A stretch of 64,000 nucleotides of DNA. Origin: Planctomycetota bacterium (lineage in GTDB: Bacteria; Planctomycetota; UBA1135; GCA-002686595). The stretch is from assembly GCA_031400875.1 (NCBI GenBank), contig JANNQS010000120.1, positions 8,569 to 72,568 of the forward strand. The letters are read 5' to 3'. Made by a program: the position numbers and the translations under genes. Positions 58,267 through 64,000 of this stretch are shown piece after piece (within the stretch, counting starts at the first letter, position 1; every line of letters begins with the position of its first letter). Below the pieces are notes generated by a model that was given only the letters and a program-made list of their open reading frames with translations, did no database searches and was not told where the DNA came from.

Positions 58267-60012
58267 ATGACGCGCACGCTGCTGCTCGCCCCCTGTCTCG
58301 CCCTGTTGGCCCCGTCCGCGGCGGCACTGTCCCCAGCGGCACAGGGCCCGCTGCTCCACCGTTTCCTGGGGGACGGTGTGGACAGCCAATTGGGTTTCGC
58401 GGTCGCCGGGATCGGCGACGTCGACGGGGACGGGCACGCAGACCTGATCGCGGGCGCGCCGACGGACGGCACGGCAGCGCTGCCGGCCACCGGCGCCGTG
58501 CGCGTCTTCTCGGGGGCGACGGGCGCGGTCCTCTGGACGGCCTACGGCGAGGGCAGCACGGACCGTCTGGGCTGGGTCGTCAACGACGTCGGCGACACGA
58601 ACGGGGACCAGATCCCGGACGTGATCGCGGGCGCGTACCAGAACGACGCCCACGGGACGGACGCCGGCATGATCCGGATCTACTCGGGATTGGACGGGAC
58701 GGTGCTGCGCACGATCCGCGGCGGGGACTCAGAGGATCTCTACGGGTACACCGTGACCGGAGCGGGCGACGTCGACCTCGACGGTGCGGCGGACTTCGCC
58801 GTCGGGGCGTGGCAGGACGAGACGAACGGCTTCGCCTCCGGCGCGGTGTACCTGTACTCGGGCGCGACCGGCGTCCGCTTGCGCACGTGGCTCGGCACGG
58901 GCGTGAACCACCGCTTCGGCTACAGCGTGCGCAACGCCGGCGACCTCGACGGCGACAACCGGCCGGAGCTCCTGATCGGCGTGCCCGGCGCGCGGCGCGT
59001 CGAGATTCGCAGCGGCGCGGACGGCTCGCTCTTCCGCACGCACCAGAGCACCGTGCTCGCGTTCGGCTTCGTCGTGCAGACGGCGCAGGACGTCGACGGC
59101 GACGCCGTTCCCGATCAGATGGTCACGGCTTTGAAGCACGACCAGAACCGCGGCCTGGTCGAGATCTTCTCGGGCGGGTCCGGTGCGCTGCTCCACCACC
59201 TGGAGGGCAACGCGCAAGAGGACTGGTTCGGCGTCGGCATCTGCGGCCTGGGCGACGTCGACGGCGACGGACGCGGCGAGTTCTCGATCACGGCCTTCAA
59301 GAACGACACGAACGGGCACGAGTCCGGGATCATGCGCATCTACTCGGGCGCGAGCGGGGCCGTGTACACGACCTACTTCGGCGATTCGGGCGACGACTGG
59401 TTCGGCTACGCGCTGAACTACGCTGGGGACGTCGACGGCGACGGCGTCGCGGACCTCATCGTGGGCACGAACCAGGACAACGTGAACGGCTTCCACTCCG
59501 GCAGCGTCAGCGTCTACTCGGGCGCGGCGATCGGCACGGCGACGACGTTCTGCTACGGCGACGACTCGGGTGCTGTCTGCCCGTGCGGCAACGCCGGACC
59601 TGCCGGCATCGCACGCGGCTGCCAGAACTCGACCGGGGTCGGCGCGGCGCTGCAGGGCTTCGGGTTCGCGAGCGTCGCCAACGACTCGTTCGCGCTGTGC
59701 GTCTCGGGCCTGCCGTCGACGACGGCGGTGCTGCTGTTCCAGGGCTCGACCAAGGTCGGCAACGGAGCGGGCGCGCCGTTCGGCGACGGCCTGCGTTGCG
59801 TGACGGGCTCCGTGCGGCGATTGTCGACCACGTTCAGCTCGTACGGCGTCGCGCAGTGGCCGTGGTTCAACACGACGCCGCTGGCGCAGCTCGGACAGAT
59901 CCCGGCCGCGGGCGCGACGGTGCACTACCAAGCCTGGTATCGGAACCCGGCCGGTCCGTGCGGCGGCGCGTTCAACCTGACGAACGCAGCGACGGCGACC
60001 TGGTCGCCCTGA
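58267..60012 (+). CDS. Secreted integrin-alpha-like FG-GAP repeat protein + conserved Cys-rich C-terminal module (CTD copy 3)
   Basis: Signal peptide [20 protein letters not shown]. Repeats are of the type FG.AV.G.GDVDGDG.ADLI.GA. The C-terminus reads ...FGDGLRC...YQAWYRN...FNLTN...WSP*. Confidence 0.88.
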   Translation: MTRTLLLAPCLALLAPSAAALSPAAQGPLLHRFLGDGVDSQLGFAVAGIGDVDGDGHADLIAGAPTDGTAALPATGAVRVFSGATGAVLWTAYGEGSTDRLGWVVNDVGDTNGDQIPDVIAGAYQNDAHGTDAGMIRIYSGLDGTVLRTIRGGDSEDLYGYTVTGAGDVDLDGAADFAVGAWQDETNGFASGAVYLYSGATGVRLRTWLGTGVNHRFGYSVRNAGDLDGDNRPELLIGVPGARRVEIRSGADGSLFRTHQSTVLAFGFVVQTAQDVDGDAVPDQMVTALKHDQNRGLVEIFSGGSGALLHHLEGNAQEDWFGVGICGLGDVDGDGRGEFSITAFKNDTNGHESGIMRIYSGASGAVYTTYFGDSGDDWFGYALNYAGDVDGDGVADLIVGTNQDNVNGFHSGSVSVYSGAAIGTATTFCYGDDSGAVCPCGNAGPAGIARGCQNSTGVGAALQGFGFASVANDSFALCVSGLPSTTAVLLFQGSTKVGNGAGAPFGDGLRCVTGSVRRLSTTFSSYGVAQWPWFNTTPLAQLGQIPAAGATVHYQAWYRNPAGPCGGAFNLTNAATATWSP

Positions 60013-60094
60013 TCGCGCGGAACCAGACCGAAGCACCGGCGGTGCTCACGCGTCGGTCCGTGGAGAGTGAATCCCGCCCGGACCCGCCGGCGCG

Positions 60095-60538
60095 TCAGTC
60101 GAGGTCGAAGAGCTTGTCGGGGTTCTTCTCGATGAGCGGCCAGAGTTCTTCGGCCGCACGAGCTGCCAATCGAGCAATGCCATCAGCAGGATCCCTGTGC
60201 TGAAAGCTCGACTTGAGAGCCGCGTGGATCTCGCAGTCGCCACGCAGCAGGCGCGCTGCCTCCCCGAGCGACCTGACATTGCGACCGTTTACCACCTCGT
60301 CGGTCGTCTGCCTGCGGTCCCGGTGGGTGAACACCGTCATGTAGGGAAAGAACCAATGCCTGCGATCGACCTGGATTTCGAGCCCGAGTCGCGGTGCGAA
60401 GTAGGACATGGTGAACTCCATGTTGAATTCCCTCGCCACGGGCCCGTGCAAACCAAGACGCTTGGCGAGCGGGTCGAAGTGCCGGTGAACGAGTTCCGTG
60501 TACTCGTCCTCCGAGAGATGATCCGGGAAACCATTCAT
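60095..60538 (-). CDS. Hypothetical protein (147 aa) in a lower-GC islet
   Basis: ATG 60538 gives MNGFPDHLSEDEYTELVHRHFDPLAKRLG... The composition is natural and I recognise no motif. ORF 60095..60832 upstream of 60538 is R/A-rich and overlaps the radical SAM gene start. Confidence 0.6.
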   Translation of the reverse strand: MNGFPDHLSEDEYTELVHRHFDPLAKRLGLHGPVAREFNMEFTMSYFAPRLGLEIQVDRRHWFFPYMTVFTHRDRRQTTDEVVNGRNVRSLGEAARLLRGDCEIHAALKSSFQHRDPADGIARLAARAAEELWPLIEKNPDKLFDLD

Positions 60539-60714
60539 CGTTGTTGTCGGTGGCGCGGGCTGGCGTCCGCGGTAGCGAACTTCCACTTGATGAGACCCGT
60601 CCGAGCCAGCCTGTTGCAGTTGGTGTGAGCGTAGCGCGCGGGCCTGCCCGCGCACGAAGAGGGTCGACAACAGACCGAATTCGTCGGCGACCGTACGGCC
60701 GATATGATCAGCGC

Positions 60715-61650
60715 GTGACGCTCCCCTTTCGCACGCTTCAGCCCTGGCTCCTCGGTCGATTCGGGCGGCCCGTACATCGGATCGCGCTCGACGCGGGCTC
60801 CACCTGCCCGAACCGCGACGGGACCAAGGCATTCGGGGGCTGCACGTACTGCGATGTCGAGGGGTCGGGCACGGGCGCGTTCAAGACCGGCGCCGATCTG
60901 GCGGCGCAGCTGACGGCCGGGCTCGAGCGCGTGCGGCGCCGCGACGCGAACGCGGGCGCGATCGCGTACTTCCAGTCGTACTCGAACACCTACGTCGAGA
61001 TCGACCGGTTGCGCGAGGTCTTGCGCGTCGTCGAGCCGTATGTCGGACGTCCGGACGCGCCGGTCGTTGCGGTCAGCATCGCGACGCGGCCCGACACGTT
61101 GCCGGAGGCGGCACTCGACGTGCTGGCGGAGCTCTCGCAGCGCGTCGAAGTGTGGGTCGAGCTCGGCCTCGAGACCGCCGACGACGCGGTTCAGGTCGCG
61201 ATCCGGCGCTTCCATACTCTGGCCGACTTCGAGGACGCGGTGCGGCGCGTGCGCGCGCGTGGCTTGCTGTGCGTCGGTCACGCGATCCTGGGACTGCCCG
61301 GAGACGGCCGCGACGGCGCGCGTGCGACGGCCGACGCGCTCGCGGCCAGCGGCGTCGAGGGCGTCAAGGTCCACCACCTGATGGTCCTGCGGCGCACGCA
61401 GCTCGAGAAGGCCTGGCGCCAGGGTCAGGTCGCGACGCTCGACGTCCACGAGTACGTGCTCTGGCTGGCGGACTTCGTCGAGCGGCTCGGGTCCGAGCAG
61501 GTGCTGCATCGCATCACGGGTGACGCCGGACCGGCGGAATTGCTCGCGCCTCTGTGGCCGGTCGAGAAGAACGTCGTGCGCGAGCGTCTCGCAGCGGAGC
61601 TCGTGCGGCGCGGGACGGTGCAGGGCGCGCGCGTCGGCGTGTCGGGCTAG
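60715..61650 (+). CDS. Radical SAM protein, TIGR01212 (YhcC/YtqA-like) family
   Basis: GTG 60715 gives VTLPFRTLQPWLLGRFG.PVHRIALDAGSTCPNRDG....GGCTYC. IAYFQSYSNTY and WVELGLET blocks are typical of the family. Confidence 0.8.
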   Translation: MTLPFRTLQPWLLGRFGRPVHRIALDAGSTCPNRDGTKAFGGCTYCDVEGSGTGAFKTGADLAAQLTAGLERVRRRDANAGAIAYFQSYSNTYVEIDRLREVLRVVEPYVGRPDAPVVAVSIATRPDTLPEAALDVLAELSQRVEVWVELGLETADDAVQVAIRRFHTLADFEDAVRRVRARGLLCVGHAILGLPGDGRDGARATADALAASGVEGVKVHHLMVLRRTQLEKAWRQGQVATLDVHEYVLWLADFVERLGSEQVLHRITGDAGPAELLAPLWPVEKNVVRERLAAELVRRGTVQGARVGVSG

Positions 61651-61667
61651 TCAGGCCCGGTCCGTGC

Positions 61668-62378
61668 TCACTGGAGCGTGTAGAGGATCCGATCGCAGCT
61701 CGGACAGCGCACGAGCTCGGCACCGCGCGCGACGCGCACGGTCATGTTCGTGGGCATGTCCATGAAGCAGGCCTGGCACTGCCGGCCATCGAGCTGCGCC
61801 AGCGCGACGCCGCCGCGCGAGCGAAGCAGGCGCTCGTAGTCGGCCAGCACCTCGGGCGTCAGGTCGCCCTTCATGCGCTTGGCGCGCTCGGCCGCTAGGT
61901 GCGCGCGCTTCTTCTCGGCCGCCTCGATCTCGCGGTCGACGTTCGACGCGAACAGGTCGAACAACTTCTGCTCGGCCTCGAGCTTGGCCTGGATGTCGGC
62001 CGCGTCGCGATCGTGGATCTCGACCTGCTCCAAGAGGCGCAGGCCCTCGTCCTCGGCCGCGGAGACCTCGCGCTTCAGCGTTTTGATCTGGTGCTCGTAG
62101 AACGCGAACATCTGCGCGTCGGCACGCGATTGCCCCATCTCGTTCTCGACCTTGCGCTGGCGCTGGCGCGCCATCGTGGCGGTGTCCTCGTACTCCTTGA
62201 CCCGCACGCGCACGGTCTTGCCGTTGTTGCGGATCTCGGAGAGCGCCGTGGTCAGGCGATCCAGCTCGGCCTGGCGTGCGGCGCGCTCGGCGGGGAGACG
62301 TTTCAGCTCCTCCTGGACGCGGTGGAGGTCGCGGTCGACCTCCTGCAGATCGAGCAGGGAGCGGAGAGCGTCGCGCAT
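61668..62378 (-). CDS. Coiled-coil C4 zinc-ribbon protein (DUF164/COG1579-like)
   Basis: ATG 62378 gives MRDALRSLLDLQEVDRDL. A long coiled coil follows. The C-terminal CQACFMDMP...RCPSCDRIL forms the zinc ribbon. Confidence 0.8.
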   Translation of the reverse strand: MRDALRSLLDLQEVDRDLHRVQEELKRLPAERAARQAELDRLTTALSEIRNNGKTVRVRVKEYEDTATMARQRQRKVENEMGQSRADAQMFAFYEHQIKTLKREVSAAEDEGLRLLEQVEIHDRDAADIQAKLEAEQKLFDLFASNVDREIEAAEKKRAHLAAERAKRMKGDLTPEVLADYERLLRSRGGVALAQLDGRQCQACFMDMPTNMTVRVARGAELVRCPSCDRILYTLQ

Positions 62379-62504
62379 GTGGGCCGAGCAGGATACAGGC
62401 TGCGCGAACTTTTTCCACGCCCACAACGGACGCGGGGCGGCTGGGAGGCCGCCCCGCACAGACCGAACCGAACCCCAGACGCCAAGCCGTACTGGTGTCG
62501 AGCC

Positions 62505-64000
62505 TTACGGCTCGAGCGCGTCGAAGGCCAGATCCGCCCCATCGACGTCGTCCGGCACCGTCGCCCCGTCCAGGAAGCTCGCCAGCTGGCGCGCCCGGAC
62601 CGGATGGCGCAGCTTGCGGACCGCCTTGGCCTCGATCTGCCGCACGCGCTCGCGCGTCACGCGGAAGATCCGCCCGACCTCCTCGAGCGTGTACGTGTAG
62701 CCGTCGCCGATGCCGTAGCGCAGCTTGATGATCTCGCGCTCGCGGAAGGTCAGCGTGCTGAGCACGTCCTCGAGGCGCTCCTTGAGCATCTCGTGCCCGG
62801 CCGCCTGCAGCGGGCTCTCGGCCGATTCGTCCTCGATGAAGTCCCCGAAGTAGCTGTCGTCCGACTCGCCGATCGGGCGGTCGAGGCTGATCGGGTGCTT
62901 GCTGATCTTCATCACGCGCTTGGCTTCGTCGACCGAGATGCCGGTCGCCTCGGCCACTTCCTCGACGCTGGGCTCGCGGCCCTTCTGCTGCACGAGCTTC
63001 TTCGTGACGTTGCGCAGCTTGCTCATCGTCTCGATCATGTGGACCGGGATGCGGATCGTCCGCGCCTGGTCGGCGATCGAGCGCGTGATCGCCTGCCGGA
63101 TCCACCACGTCGCGTACGTCGAGAACTTGTAGCCGCGCCGGTACTCGTACTTCTCGACCGCCTTCATCAGGCCGGTGTTGCCCTCCTGGATCAGGTCCAG
63201 GAACGACAAGCCGCGGTTCCTGTACTTCTTGGCGATCGACACGACGAGGCGCAGGTTGCCCGAGCTGAGCTTGCGCTTGGCCTCCTCGTACTCGGCGTAG
63301 TGCAGCTTGACCTGGTCCAGGCGCCGCTTCAGCCGGTTCGAGGGCTCGAGGCACTCGAACTCGAACTCGCGCAGCTCGTCCTGCATCGGCTTGATCTGCG
63401 CCACGGCCTTCTTGTTGCCTTTGAGCGCCGAGACCTTGCGCTCGGTCGCGCGCATCTCCTTGAAGCGCTCGTCCATCTTGTCGATCGAGGGCTTCACCTT
63501 CTTGACCTGCAGGTGGCACTCCTCGATCAGGATCACGAGCTTGCGCTTCAGCGCCTGCACGGACTCGAGCTGCTCCGAGCGCTTCTTGCGCGTCAGGTTG
63601 GGATCGAGCAGCGGGCGGTATTCCTCGCGCACGCGCTCGTAGAGACGCTTGATCGTGGACAGGTTCACCGGCAGGCGCTTCTGGAGGAAGTTCTTGCCGA
63701 GCGTCTCGACGATCTTGGGATCGTCGTCGATCTTCGGGTTCGGGTTGACCTTGAGCGTGCGGTCGAAAGCCAGCTCGCCGCGCTCGACCGCCTCGAGGAC
63801 CTTGATCGATTCGCGCATCGCGACGCCCGAGCCCATCGTCTTCTTGCGGAAGCGCTTGCGCGTGATCTCGATCGTCTTGGCCAGGAAGATCTCCTGGTCG
63901 CGCGTCAGGAGCGGGATCTCACCCATCTGGGTGAGGTACATGCGCACCGGGTCGTCGATCTTCTCCGGCACCGAGCTCTTGGGGAACAGCGCCTCGGGCA
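62505..64000 (-). CDS. rpoD: RNA polymerase primary sigma factor RpoD (5' end runs off the window)
   Basis: Region 1.2 [16 protein letters not shown], region 2 [38 protein letters not shown], region 3 [11 protein letters not shown], and region 4.2 [30 protein letters not shown]. The frame stays open upstream of GTG 63971 to the window edge. Confidence 0.93.
   Translation of the reverse strand, partial: PEALFPKSSVPEKIDDPVRMYLTQMGEIPLLTRDQEIFLAKTIEITRKRFRKKTMGSGVAMRESIKVLEAVERGELAFDRTLKVNPNPKIDDDPKIVETLGKNFLQKRLPVNLSTIKRLYERVREEYRPLLDPNLTRKKRSEQLESVQALKRKLVILIEECHLQVKKVKPSIDKMDERFKEMRATERKVSALKGNKKAVAQIKPMQDELREFEFECLEPSNRLKRRLDQVKLHYAEYEEAKRKLSSGNLRLVVSIAKKYRNRGLSFLDLIQEGNTGLMKAVEKYEYRRGYKFSTYATWWIRQAITRSIADQARTIRIPVHMIETMSKLRNVTKKLVQQKGREPSVEEVAEATGISVDEAKRVMKISKHPISLDRPIGESDDSYFGDFIEDESAESPLQAAGHEMLKERLEDVLSTLTFREREIIKLRYGIGDGYTYTLEEVGRIFRVTRERVRQIEAKAVRKLRHPVRARQLASFLDGATVPDDVDGADLAFDALEP

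Overview
Very GC-rich bacterial chromosomal segment (composition judged by eye, not computed). The high GC content produces many long spurious antisense ORFs. I separated real genes from these by recognisable protein motifs, GC3 bias, signal peptides and Shine-Dalgarno-like sequences (GGAG/AGGA/GAGGAA). Housekeeping genes: gatC-gatA-gatB, guaB-guaA, rho, selB, a partial rpoD, larC, a comF-like gene and tRNA-Pro(CGG). Between them lie many secreted or membrane proteins: an S8 protease, an S9 peptidase, FG-GAP/VCBS proteins, proteins with carboxypeptidase-regulatory-like repeats, a HEAT-VWA protein, and a PAP2/haloperoxidase-like lipoprotein. This gene content resembles Planctomycetota- or Myxococcota-type genomes, but that assignment is only an impression. 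I found no transposase, integrase, CRISPR array or rRNA. Three short, visibly lower-GC islets carry toxin-antitoxin-like or orphan genes: 27.0-28.0 kb, 39.2-39.8 kb (hicBA) and 60.0-60.5 kb. Main observations worth a second look: (1) a lipoprotein ORF interrupted by two in-frame UGA codons, each followed by a SECIS-like hairpin, in a window that also encodes SelB, making it a candidate new selenoprotein; (2) a ~150-aa six-cysteine C-terminal module shared by three otherwise different secreted proteins; (3) an ECF sigma factor fused in one ORF to a transmembrane segment and a ~670-aa ectodomain, preceded by four tandem 20-bp TTGACG repeats; (4) a 22-bp oriented palindromic element found three times, always intergenic. 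All functional calls come from motif recognition by eye; no database search was run.
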